DNA of 63,810 bases, the filler included, from Chiloscyllium plagiosum (taxonomy: Eukaryota), in NCBI RefSeq assembly GCF_004010195.1. It is 5 parts of one record of this genome, joined end to end, with 100 filler letters (N's around TTAATTAATTAA, not from the genome) between each part and the next. Parts side by side here need not be neighbours in the genome. Positions count along the whole stretch, not along the records: positions 1 to 27,841 come from NC_057715.1; 4 more parts are not named here. One strand, written 5' to 3'. The number at the start of each line of letters is the position of its first letter. Position 1 is the stretch's first letter. A program made the position numbers and the translations under genes. This document shows positions 13,636-24,935 of this stretch, piece after piece. The notes beneath the pieces are model-generated. The model was not told where the DNA came from, searched no databases, and saw only the letters and a program-made list of their open reading frames with translations.

Positions 13636-13646
13636 AAAGGGGAAGG
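13636..13646 (+). other. Polypurine tract
   Basis: AAAGGGGAAGG immediately before the TG of the 3' LTR. Confidence 0.85.
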
Positions 13647-14626
13647 TGTTTATGAAGTTGAAGGCATACACTGTACCTTTAAGAGAGAGTGAATGCTGTT
13701 CTGCACTGAGAGCTTATAAGCACCTGTCATATGACAAGATAGCAGTCTCAGAATGTACTGGAAATTGAAAATGTGTAACATTTGGCTGTGAAATGGATAC
13801 CTGAGCTGGTTGTTGTTTTGACAACAAGCAAATTTAACCAATCAGTTTAAATTATGCCCCAGGATAATAAAACTCAATCCAGTTTCAATTTATTGTTTTG
13901 CCAACATCAAACCAATGAGATGATTCAATGTTGGGGATGTAAAAAAGACTAGGAGAAATGAGGACTGTAGATGCTGGATATCAGAGCTGAAAATGTGTTG
14001 CTGGAAAAGCGCAGCAGGTCAGGCAGCATCCAAGGAGCAGGAGAATTGACGTTTCGGGCATGAGGCCTTCTTCAGGAGAAATGTCGATTCTCCTGCTCCT
14101 TGGATGCTGCCTGACCTGCTGCGCTTTTCCAACAACACATTTTCAAATATAAAAAAGACAGCCATTTTGAAAATTGGATGGAGCAACTGCCATCAGCACA
14201 GATCCAAGAAATTCAGAAACATTCTCTATCAAAAGTACCTTTTCACATGAAACATGTTTGCAGTAAAAAAGAAAGACGACAACCCAGGGAGATCTTCAGC
14301 TGGAAGAAGAAAGACACCGAAGATGATAGCTGCTATGTGGTTTTCAAATTAACTTGATGTAATTTTAATAAGTGTCTTATTGGAACCGTAGATTGTTATA
14401 GAGTTGGAGGCAGGTTGTAAGCAGTTAAGAGAAAGGGGGGCTTAGAATTGTGAATAGTTGTTGTTTAATGTTCACTTTTAGTTAAAAAATAAATTGATGT
14501 TATTTTCTTTAAATTGTGGAAATTGGGAATTCTCTGTCACTCATCTTTTAACAGATTGTGAGGCAAGGTGAGTTTTTCTGGGTATTTGGTTAAATTAACA
14601 GAATGGTTCACCGCCGTGTCGTAACA
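13647..14626 (+). repeat. 3' LTR (TGT...ACA) containing a PLE insertion
   Basis: Direct repeat of 8124-8862 plus an insert at 13950-14146. Confidence 0.9.
13950..14146. mobile_element. Fold-back PLE mini-insertion (family 1), 13-bp TSD
   Basis: Inverted arms; TSD ATGTAAAAAAGAC 13937-13949 / ATATAAAAAAGAC 14147-14159; empty site in the 5' LTR. Confidence 0.88.
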
Positions 14627-15213
14627 GAAGGCAAATGAGTTTAAAAGCAGCGATGTTATATTGCAGCTGTACAAGGTGCTGGTGAGGCCACACCTGGAAT
14701 ATTGCGAGCAGTTTGGGTCTCCTTACTTGAGAAAGGATGGACTGGCACTGAAAGGAGGGCAGAGGAGATTCACTAGGTTGATTCCGGAGTTGGTGGGATG
14801 GGAGGGGGCGGGGTTTGGAGGAGAGACTAAGTAGACTGGGACTATATTCCTTGGAATTTAGAAGAATGTGGGGGGATCTTATAGAAACATATAACATTAT
14901 GAAGGGAATAGATAGAAGTGGAGATGATATATCCACTGGCAGGTGAAAGTAGGATAAAAGGGCTTAGCCTCAAAATTAGGAGGGGCAGATTTAGGACTGA
15001 ATTAAGGAGGAACTTCTTCACCCAGAGGGTTGTGAATCTATGGAATTCCCTGCCCAGTGAAGCAGTTGAGGCTTCCTGACTAAATGTTCTTAAAGCTAAG
15101 ATAAATTAAAGGTTATGGTGAGTCGGCAGGTAAATGGAGCCATGATTGTATTGAATGGCAGAGCAGGCTCGAAGGGCCAGACGGCCTACTCCTGCTTCAT
15201 GTTCTTATGTTCC
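14627..15213 (+). mobile_element. CR1 LINE 3' part (5' stub at 8084-8123) that hosts the Gypsy element
   Basis: ..VIKK|AN.. junction; LQLYKVLVRPHLEY; ends in TTCTTATGTT tail. Confidence 0.85.
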
Positions 15214-15776
15214 AATTAACAATTTATCTATTTCCTCTTTAAATTTACTCAATGCCCAAATATCTACCACTCTCTGGGGTAGTGAATTCTATAGATTCAT
15301 GACCCTTTGAGAAAATCATGAACCTCGTCTCCTCTTCTCTGTTTTCAAATCTGTTACTCTTTATCCTTAAACTATGAGCTCTCAAACAAGATTGCCCCAA
15401 ATGAGGAGACATCTTCTTCTACATCTATTTTGTTAATGTCCTTTGGCATTTTATATATCTCAATTAGATTAGCTCTCATTATTCTAAATGTCAGACAGCA
15501 TAGGCCTAAACTGCTCAATCTCTATTCATAAATTAAGCTCCTAATCTCTGTAATCAATCTAGTGAGCATCCTCTGAACTGCCTCCAATACAATTATATTC
15601 CTCCTCAGGTAAGGGGACAAAAACTAGAAACAATGTTCCAGTTGCCATCTTACTTATATTTTGTACAGTTGCAGCAATACTTGCCCACTTTTATACTCTA
15701 TTCCTTTTTCAATAAATGCTAATATTCCATTAGCCTTCCTTATTACCTGCTATACCTGCATACCAGTTTCTGCGAT
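15214..15776 (-). mobile_element. CR1 LINE fragment
   Basis: Reverse complement matches CR1 ORF2 C-terminal region. Confidence 0.75.
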
Positions 15777-15790
15777 TCATATGTAAGTCA

Positions 15791-16001
15791 CAGTCAAAGA
15801 GTGTGGTGCTGCAAAAGAACAGCAGGTCAGGCAGCATCCGAGGAGGAAAATCAACATTTCAAGTATAAGTTCTTCATCAGGAATGAGGGCCAGATGCTCG
15901 AAACGTTGATTCTCCTGCTCCTCAGATGTTGCCCGACCTGCTGTGCTTTTCCAGCACCACACTCTCTGACTCTGATCTCCAGCATCTGCATTCTCACTTT
16001 C
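15791..16001. mobile_element. Fold-back PLE mini-insertion (family 1), 14-bp TSD
   Basis: TCATATGTAAGTCA at 15777-15790 and 16002-16015. Confidence 0.85.
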
Positions 16002-16387
16002 TCATATGTAAGTCAGTTTGTTGTTTTTGACTGGCACACACCTGATGGACTGAAGGGTCTTTTTCAGTAGTGTAGACCTGTATGAATCTAGTGCTGCTGA
16101 GAGCCACACTTGGTGATAGACGTTTAAATCCACACCTAGAATAGTTGAGGGGGAATAAAGAGTGGCAATCAGTAGAAGATCTCCTTGCCCGTGTTTGTCT
16201 TAATGTGATAATCATTCATGGTGTCCAGAATCAATATTGGAAACTCCCAGGGCATCTCCCTCCCTGTGCATTGCTGTTCCACAATCTCTGGTTGATGGGA
16301 TGGTGATGGCTGTGTCTGGGACATTGTAAGGGTATGATTCCATGAGTATGACTATGTCAGGCTATTGCTTGACTGGACTGTGGGTCA

Positions 16388-16515
16388 GGAGAAAGTGAGC
16401 ACTGCAGATGCTGGAGATCAGAGCTGAAATATGTGTTGCTGGAAAAGCGCAGCAGGTCAGGCAGCATCCAAGGATCAGGAGAATCGACGTTTCGGGCATA
16501 AGCCCTTCTTCAGGA
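16388..16515 (-). mobile_element. PLE family 1 terminal repeat
   Basis: Same sequence as the arms at 13950, 28735 and 32884. Confidence 0.85.
16484..16515 (-). ncRNA. Minimal hammerhead ribozyme motif (PLE family 1)
   Basis: UC-CUGAAGA-A-GGGC(UUAU)GCCC-GAA-ACGU-C-GA; GUC cleavage triplet, palindromic ACGU. Confidence 0.65.
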
Positions 16516-17030
16516 GGGTCAAAGTGGCTATTGAAGAAGAGATCTGGCACCACCTCCAGTCTGCTAGCACAGGTTTTGGCTGCCTGAGGAAAAGGCTGTT
16601 CGAGAACAACAACATCAGATCAGACACTGAGATCACGGTATACAGAACCGTGGTGGTTCCTGCCCCTCTATGCTGCTTTGAGACGTCCACTATCTACTGC
16701 AGAGATCTCAAGGCTCTGGAGCAGTCTCACAAACACTGTCTGCGCAAGATCCTGTGAATCCACTGGGAAGACAGACACACCAACACCAGTGTCCTCAACC
16801 AGGCCAATGTCCCCAGCATTGAGGCACTGACCACCCTTAATCGGCTACAATGGGCTGGGTATGTCCTCCCATAACCGACACAAAACTCCCTGAGCAGGTG
16901 CTTTACTTCCAAAATAGCAGGCAAGCCCCACGTGGACAGAAGAAGCGCTTCATGGATACCCTCAAGGTCTCACTGGTGAAGTGTGGCAGTCCCATAGACA
17001 CCTGGGAGTCACTGGTCCAAGACCATCCAA
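16516..17030 (+). mobile_element. RTE-clade LINE fragment (3' end resumes at 18946-19195)
   Basis: EEEIWHHLQSASTGFGCLRKRLF, VYRTVVVP.PL, PRGQKKRFMDTLK. Confidence 0.8.
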
Positions 17031-17064
17031 GATTTTGGACACCTTGGAATCACTGGTCCAAGAA

Positions 17065-18942
17065 GCGAAGAAAAAAATGAGCTACGAAGGCAAACTGGCC
17101 AAAAATATAAAGGAGGATAGTAAAAGCTATTTTAGGGATGTGAAAAGAAAAAAGATGGTTAAGACTAAAATTGGGCCCTTGAAAACAGAAATGGGTGAAT
17201 TCATTATGGGGACAAGGAAATGGCAGAAGAGTTGAATAGGTTCTTTGGATCTGGCTTCACTGGGGAAGCAATCGCCCAGATGTAATAGTGGATGAAGGAC
17301 CTCGGGTAATCGATGAACTGAAGGGAATTTATATTAGGCAGGAAATGGTGCTGGATAGACTGTTAGGTCTGAAGTCCCCAGGACCTGATGGTCTGCATCC
17401 CAGGGTACTGAAGGAGGTGGCTCTAGAAATCATGGATGCATTGGTGATCATTTTCCAATGTTCTATCGATTCAGGATCAGTTCCTGCAGATTGGAGGGTG
17501 GCTAATGTTGTCTCACTTTTCAAGAAGGGAAGGAAAGAGAAAACGGAATTATAGGGTCAAAGTGGCCTGACATCAATCGTGGGAAAGATGCTGGAGTCAA
17601 TTATAAAAGATGAAATTATGACTCATTGGATAGCAGGATAGGTCAGAGTCAGAATGGATTTATGAAGTGGAAATTGTACTTGAATAATCTTCTGGAATTT
17701 TTTGAGGATGTAATTATGAAGACAGACAAGGGAGAGCCAGTGGATGTAGTGTACTTGGACTTTCAGAAAGCCTTTGATAAGGTCCCACATAGGAGATTAG
17801 TGAGAAAGATTAGGGCACATGGTATTGGGGGTAAGGTACTGACTTGGATTGAAAATTGGCTGACTGACAGGAAGCAAAGAGTCCCTTTCGGTATGGCAGG
17901 CAGTGACCAGTGGGGTACCACAAGGTTCGGTGCTGGGACCGCAGCTGTTTACAATATAAGGTTCGGTGCTGGGACCGCAGCTGTTTACAATATACATTAA
18001 TGATACAGATGAAGGTATTAAAAGTGATATTAGCAAATTTGCGGATGACACAAAGCTGGGAGGCAGGGTGAAATGTGAGGAGGATGTTATGAGAATACAG
18101 CGTGACTTGGACAGGCTAGGTGAGTGGATGGATGCATGGCAGATGCAGTTTAATGTGGATAAAGGTGTGGTTATCCACTTTGGTGGCAAGAACAGGAAGG
18201 CAGATTACTATCTAAATGGAGTCAAGTTAGGTAAAGGGATCTAGGTGTTCTTGTACATCAGTCAATGAAAGCATGCATGCAGCTACAGCAGGCAGTAAAG
18301 AAAGCTAATGGCATGCTGGCCTTCATAAAAAGAGGAATTGAGTATAGGAGCAAAGAGATCCTTCTGCAGCTGTGCAGGGCCCTGGTGAGACTACACCTGG
18401 AGTATTGTGTGCAGTTCTGGTCTCCAAATTTGAGGAAGGACATTCTGGCTATTGAGGGAGTGCAGAGTAGGTTCATGAGGTCAATTCCTGGAATGGTGGG
18501 ACTATGTTGAAAGATTGGAGCAACTGGGCCGACATACACATGAGTTTAGAAGGATAAGAGGGGATCTGATTGAGACGTATAAGATTATTAAAGGATTGGA
18601 CACTCTGGAGGCAGGAAGCATGTTTCTGCAGATGGGTGGGTCCAGAAACAGAGGACACAGTTTAAAAATAAAGGGTAGGCCATTTAGAATAGAGTTGAGG
18701 AGAAGCTTCTTCACCCAGAGAGTGGTGGATAGATGGAATGCTCTGCCCCAGAAGGCAGTGGAGGCCAAGTCTCTGGAAACTTTCAAGAAAGAGATGGATA
18801 GAGCTCTTAAAGGTAGTGGAATCAAGGGTTATGGGGATAATGCAGGAACAGGATGCTAATTGTAGATGATCAGCCGTGATCAACATGAATGGTGGTGCTG
18901 GCTCGAAGGGCCGTATAGCCTACTCCTGCATCTATTGTCTAT
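17065..18942 (+). mobile_element. CR1 LINE, 5'-truncated ORF2 plus 3' tail, inserted into the RTE
   Basis: KSPGPDGLHPRVLKE, VYLDFQKAFDKVPH, KFADDTK, LVRLHLEYCVQFW; internal 36-bp tandem duplication 17922-17993. Confidence 0.93.
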
Positions 18943-18945
18943 AGT

Positions 18946-19195
18946 CTAAAGTGGAGGAGCACCCGTGATGGCGCTGAGCACCTCGAGACTTGCCGTTGGG
19001 GAAAAATGGAAGCCAGGTGAAAAGAGCGCAAGGGGCACAGTGCCACACCAACGCCCCACCCACCCCTTCCCGTGACCCCAACCTGCTTCAAATGGAAAAG
19101 AGCCTGGGGTAGCCATGTCAGCCTGTACAGCCACCTACAGACCCACCCTGAGAGTGGAAGAGAATTATTCTTATCTGCAAGGGACCGCTGATGAA
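18946..19195 (+). mobile_element. RTE LINE 3' end
   Basis: AAAGTGGAGGA continues from GACCATCCAA at ~17030. Confidence 0.65.
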
Positions 19196-19518
19196 ACACA
19201 ATGTTGACTATCTTCACTCCCCTAAATTCTTCCCAATCTCTCACAATCCGCAGGCTGCAATGCTGAACTTGTACTTGTTAAGCATTATTTCAGTCTGAAT
19301 CAGCTTGTTTCAATTGTTAGCATCGCTGTTGCTCAGCCATAGCGATGTAACTAACGACCACATCATTCAGGCTGACACTTTGATGCTGTATGGGGAATGC
19401 GCTGTATCGTCAAAGGTGCCATTATTCATTCAAAGGATTAGATTTTCTTCCCAAAGATGAGGAACATGCAGCTCTCAAATTGTAATGGGAGGTTTAAAGT
19501 GATATTGCTACTTTAAGA

Positions 19519-19809
19519 TTTTCATTAAGAGGTAATTCATTTCAATTGTTATCAGTGTCATTTTTGTGTCTTTTCGATATCCGTCACAATAATATGCTAA
19601 TTTTCTGTGAAGGTCCATTATAATATTAGATTAGATTAGATTAGATTACTTACAGTGTGGAAACAGGCCCTTCGGCCCAACAAGTCCACACCGACCCGCC
19701 GTTTTCATTAAGAGGTAATTCATTTCAATTGTTATCAGTGTCATTTTTGTATCTTTTCGATATCCGTCACAATAATATGCTAATTTTCTGTGAAGGTCCA
19801 TTATAATAT
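19519..19809. repeat. 108-bp direct duplication flanking a 75-bp HE1/CR1 3' tail
   Basis: 19519-19626 equals 19702-19809 with one mismatch; insert 19627-19701 begins with (TAGAT)n. Confidence 0.92.
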
Positions 19810-20929
19810 CCTGATCTTTCATTCAGATGTTGGCTTGATAGATTGCCTTGTGGCGGTTAGTAAGAGGAGGTGTGATCTTTACCTATCATCGAACATCACT
19901 GCACCATCACTGTGCTCATCACATTTCTCAGGAGATACTTTTAATAAAGACTGAAGCCATAGTGTTTGGTGTGAAAAAGTAATTTATGGAAGTACAATGG
20001 ATAACATTACAAACACAGGTTTGAACACGGGCATATTGGAACAGCAACAAAATAGGCAATTATCCATCTCATTCTTTTTCTACAAGTCGGTATAACACAA
20101 TGAGAATGGAGTTATTGACTAATCATGGCAATCAATCTCCATCACATAAACCAAATGATGCAACTAAAACTTTAAGGTGAAGAGCTTTGGTCCAAATTCA
20201 CCTTCTCCGTATCCCCTCCAAAAGCATTCTACCTAGCATGTATCATGTCTCTAATTGTTCATAATCTATATCACAAAATGTTGTTCAACAATCAGCTCAG
20301 CTATGATGTTTGCCCATGATTGAGTGATTTATCTTGATTCATGATTTAGGTTCATGCTTGAAAAATGGTCACGTCGCCTAGGCAATGCAGGCACTTGTGG
20401 AACTAGCTGTGACTGAGCGAGTCAAAGGAACGTTGGATCATTTAAAAAAAAAATTAGCATAATTGGAAAAATCCATTCTAACTTCACCACTTGGTCAGTA
20501 CCTTTCACTTAGCCCTTTTGATTTTGGTGGTGAATCTGTCCTCTTGTCTTGGACCACTTCATCTTCTCCAACCCTCTCAGCAGCTTTGTCTGCATGGTAC
20601 AGATTGGCTATATGAAATAGTTTTAGAGTCATAGAAATCTACAGCACAGGAAAGAGCCCTTTGGCATTTCACATCTGCGCCAGAACATTATATTGAATAA
20701 ATGAGTAAAATCAGCTCTGAGGCTATCAGATTATCACAAAAATGTCTAACTGGTTCAATAATGTCTTTCAGGGAAGGAAAACTACCAGATCTACATGCTA
20801 ATCGTCCCTACATCTCTAATCTCACAGCAATGTGATTGTCCTGTAAAGGATATATTCAATTAAGGGTAAAAAGGGACAGGCAATTAACAATGATGTCACT
20901 GGAATGATTAATTTTTGTTAAAATAAAAA

Positions 20930-21150
20930 CAAGACTTGAATTTTATATCATGTTTCATGACCTCAGTATGTCCCAAAGTACTTTCTATCTAATGAATTAC
21001 TTTTGAAGGGTTGACATCAATAGTGTAGGAAACACAGCAACCATTGTATACACAATAGTGTGATAGAGACCAGATAATCTCTTTTAGACATGTTGTTGAA
21101 AAATAAGTATTGGCCAAGGTTCCAGAGAAGTCTTCTTTGCTCTTCTTCAA
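20930..21150 (-). mobile_element. Deu-domain SINE remnant
   Basis: GACTTG.ATTT.ATA...CATGACCTCAG.ATGTCCCAAAG...GACCAGATAATC. Confidence 0.65.
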
Positions 21151-21619
21151 TACATGTCCCTGACTTTATTAATGAAGATAAAGAGCATAAAGCAAGGATT
21201 TATACTAAAAAAACTCAATTGGAGCACTGTGAACAATTTGATCACCATAACTTAGAAATGATGTCAAAACCCTGGAGAAGGTGCAGAGGAGATTCATTTG
21301 AAGAACACCAGCCAGGTGGAAATTTAGCTACATAGAAAGAAAGCCAAAACTGTGATTATTCTCTTTTGAGCAATAAGGAAAAATGAAAACTTGCATTTAT
21401 ATTGTGCCTTTCATGACCACAATTTGTTTTTGAAGTGTAGTCAACTGAAGTAAACATAATATTTTTAATGTCTCCTCTTGAGAACTTGCCGAGGGGTAAA
21501 TTTTGATTTTTGGGAGCTACATTTTGATTTCCATTTTCGGGGGTTCTTTTCTCATTCTCATTGACTTCTTGGTCATGCACTGATGTAGCAACATTACTGT
21601 CTGTACTGATGTTGCAATA

Positions 21620-21880
21620 TGGGGGATTCGGACTCACATAGAAACAGGATTAGAAGAATTCATCAACATCTTCAATAATCAACACTTCCATTAAACTTAA
21701 AGCCACAACACACAAGGAAAACATTAATTTTCTAGACACCACAGAATTTAAACTAGCACAAGACAACAGATATATGTTAGCAACAATAATTTTCTTGGAA
21801 AAATAATTGACACACACACACTTGTATACAGAAGAAGCATTACCCTAAATACATGTTCCGCAGATAGTCGAGGACACAGC
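21620..21880 (+). mobile_element. Ancient PLE reverse transcriptase remnant
   Basis: IKLKATTHKENINFLDTT resembles the PLE RT xxFLD motif. Confidence 0.45.
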
Positions 21881-22064
21881 TAAATGGTTGTATGATTGTC
21901 TCTTACACAGTCATTGCACCTCAAGTAATTCACAGTGTGTGAGATGCTTTGCGATGTGACAACACATAAATGCAAATCTTTTTGAAATCTAAGTGTTCAG
22001 TATTAATTTATCCAATGATACTGCTCATTGCAATACAGTCATGACATTTATCCTCAAAAGGCCT

Positions 22065-22392
22065 GCACATTGGCTCAGTGGTTAGCACTGCTGCCCTAGG
22101 GACCCAGGTTCAATTCCACCATCTGTGACTGTCTGCATGCTCTCCCCATGGAGTTTGCACACTCTCTCCTTGTCTGTGTAGGTTTCCTCCCACAGTCTAA
22201 AAATGTGCAGGTTAGGTGGAATGGTAATGTTAAGTTGCCCATAGTATCTAGGGATGTGTAGGTTGGGTGGATTAGCCATGGGAAATGCAGAGTTATAGAG
22301 TGGGGGGGAGGGCGGGATGTGCTTCAGAGAGGTGATGTGGACTTACTGGACTAAATGGCCTGTTTCCACACTGTAGGAATTCTATGATTCTA
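22065..22392 (+). mobile_element. HE1-type V-SINE
   Basis: tRNA head, V-domain, (ATTCTATG) tail. Confidence 0.85.
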
Positions 22393-23309
22393 CTGTAGCT
22401 CTTGAACTCCTGCTGCCTAAAGCTAAACAATTCGTATTTATTTGTAAGAAATTCATTACTTCAGTTTTTCTGGTTCCTAGTGAGATTCCTTTTTGTTGAG
22501 AGGTTTAACAATATTCTCCCTCCTTTGCTGTCCCTCTCCCCCTTTTGCAAATTTCCCTCCCACTGTCTACCCTCACTCCCCTTTGCATCCCAACTCTCTC
22601 ATTTTATAGCTCGTTATCCTTTTACCTCCTCACTCGCCTTCAAAGCCCCTTGCCCTCTGTGAAGACCCTACTTCTTCCTCTGTAGCTCCCTACTCCTCTT
22701 TGTAGCCCCCTCCATCTTTGCTGCCCCTTCCATTGAAGCATTTCTCTCCTAGTTTGGAGCCCCTCTCTATGCTTTGCTTAGTTCTACCCAGGGCCCCCAT
22801 CCCCATATTGTTCCCCCTTCTCACTCTCCCTTCCACGTTTTGGTCCAGATCTCAAAATCTATCATTTACATGATAGTTTGTGATCCTACTACCTCCAGGT
22901 TCAACAGCCTTGGCCAGTGCTGCCACTTACCTTCTTCCTGCTCCTCCAATCACATTCTGCCTCTCCTGTACATTCATTGCTGATAGGCTCAATGATAGCT
23001 ACATCGTGAGCCTATCAGCAACAAACATGAGAGAGAACAAGCCTGTAACTGGAAGAGCTCCTCACAGATTCTGACACTACCATGTATGGTGGCAATTATT
23101 TTCTCATGGATTGTCCCTGTGAATTGATTTTGCTGCATGTTTTGGTGACTTGATCTTATTGAATGGCAAAGCAGGCTCAAAGGGCCAGTTGGCCTGTTCC
23201 TGCTCCTAGTTCTTATGGTTTTATGCCTTGTGGGGGTGAATATACCCATTGCCCCACTATATTGTGAGAGTTGGTAGTCAACATGGTAGAGTTGCAAATG
23301 TCGCAAACT

Positions 23310-23625
23310 GCACGCAGTGAGTTCCCATAAACAACAATGACCAGATAACCTGCTCTCATAATGTTTATTGAATGACAAATATTGGCCAGGACACTGGTGA
23401 TACGTCCCCTGCTGTTCATCAAAATAGTGCCATGGGATCTTCCACAAGCATGGGGGAGACCAGATGGAGATTTGGCTTTAATGTATCACCTGAAATTAAG
23501 TGCCTCTAACAGTGCAGTACTCCCTTACTACAGCACTGCCAGCCTAGAGTTTTGTGTTCAAGTCTGAATGAAAGTTTAAACCCGCAACCTTCTACCTCAG
23601 AGACACTGAGAATGCTACCAACTGG
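23310..23625 (-). mobile_element. Deu-domain SINE
   Basis: AATGACCAGATAA...AAATATTGGCCAGGACAC...ATAGTGCCATGGGATCTT. Confidence 0.75.
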
Positions 23626-23817
23626 ACTTGAGCTCAATAAATGTTAATGGAAGATGTAGGATAGGGGTGTTCAAATTATTAAGGGTTTTAATGGAGTTAG
23701 TAAAATGAAACTGTTTCTCCTGACTGAAGAGTCAGTAACCAGAATACATAAGAACTATGTTGCTTCCAATTTTGACAAGTGACTGACTTAAAACCTTAAC
23801 TCTACTCCTCACAAGTT

Positions 23818-23935
23818 TAGCAGCATCCGAGATGCTGCCCGGATACTCCTGCTCCTCGGATGCTGCCTGGCCTGTTGTGCTTTTCGAGCACCACACTCTC
23901 GACTCTGATCTCCAGCATCTGCAGCCCTCACTTTC
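23818..23935 (+). mobile_element. Short PLE family 1 insertion with small hairpin
   Basis: GCAGCATC..GATGCTGC hairpin plus pLTR end; CTCCTCACA on both flanks. Confidence 0.75.
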
Positions 23936-24707
23936 TCCTCACAGATGAAACCTGATCCGTTAAGGACTTTTAACATTTTCTGTTAACTTCAGCTTTCCTG
24001 ATCCTACAGCATTTTGACACAAAAGCTGGGAGTGAGATAAGAGAAAAAGTGTTTAAATGGAGCAATGTGGTGTATGATTTGGATTGCATTGCACCTGAAA
24101 CCAGATTGAATAGTATGTAGATTGTTCAAAAGAGAGCTGGTAAGAATGAGACAGAAAAACAATTGAAAGGTTCTGGGGAATGATCAAGGGAGTGGAACTT
24201 TATAAAACTGCTAGCACAAGATGGTATCTTTCTTTTCCATACAGTAACTACTACATCAGGCAGTGCATTAACCTATGGAGCAATAATCCTTACTTCCAGC
24301 TATTCTGTGACAAGCTAATCTTTTATTTTTATAACACTGGCATCAGCCACAAGCTCTGTTTTAGCAGTGATCCTGAGGTTACAGACAAGAAAATACGTCC
24401 AGTAAGAGAATTTACCTTGATCTAAGCATCACAACAAGTAATCTGCTTTGAACAGATCACCCATCAATTCATAATAGTCTTAAAGGTTTTCCCAAATTAT
24501 TTTACACTGCCAATTGTTTGAAGTCTCACCAACCAACATCTCAGCCTTCTCTGTCAGGCACCAAGCTTATTATGGATTACCATAAGGTTAGAAACCATTG
24601 TAATGGACAATCCATCAACCAATCATAATTTTCCACAGCTTTTGCTACCACCTACCTGAGAGACTCAGCCAGAATTATTCCCTTTTACCAATGCTGCCCT
24701 CCTAATG

Positions 24708-24935
24708 GCAGCAGCATGATGGCTCAGTGGTTAGCACTACTAGCTCACAGTGCTAGGTACCTGGGTTCAATCCCACCCTGGGTTCAATCCCACCCTTGGG
24801 TAACTGTCTGTGTGAAGTTTGCACATTCCCCCTGTGACTGTGCGGTCATTACCCACTATCCAAAGGTATTAAAGTTAGGTGGATCAGACATGTGAAATTG
24901 CCCATAGGGTGCAGGCTTGATGGATTAGCCAATGG
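24708..24935 (+). mobile_element. HE1-type V-SINE with duplicated B-box segment
   Basis: CCTGGGTTCAATCCCAC occurs twice in tandem. Confidence 0.75.

Larger units (their letters stand above)
8124..14626 (+). mobile_element. Gmr1-like Gypsy LTR retrotransposon, decayed, 4-bp TSD GAAG
   Basis: Two LTRs, PPT, gag with CCHC knuckle, protease, integrase, RT, RNase H; GAAG at 8120-8123 and 14627-14630. Confidence 0.92.

Noticed and set aside
13950..14146. Classifying fold-back elements as DNA-transposon MITEs or miRNA hairpins
   Set aside because: Arms are unequal, junctions differ per copy, TSD length varies, and the same sequence terminates longer PLE fragments
22065..22125. tRNA-like sequences (also ~24715, ~26815, ~48725, ~61085)
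   Set aside because: SINE heads running directly into SINE bodies, not complete tRNA genes
22515..22835. Pyrimidine-rich tract
   Set aside because: Low-complexity sequence with no clear unit or associated exon
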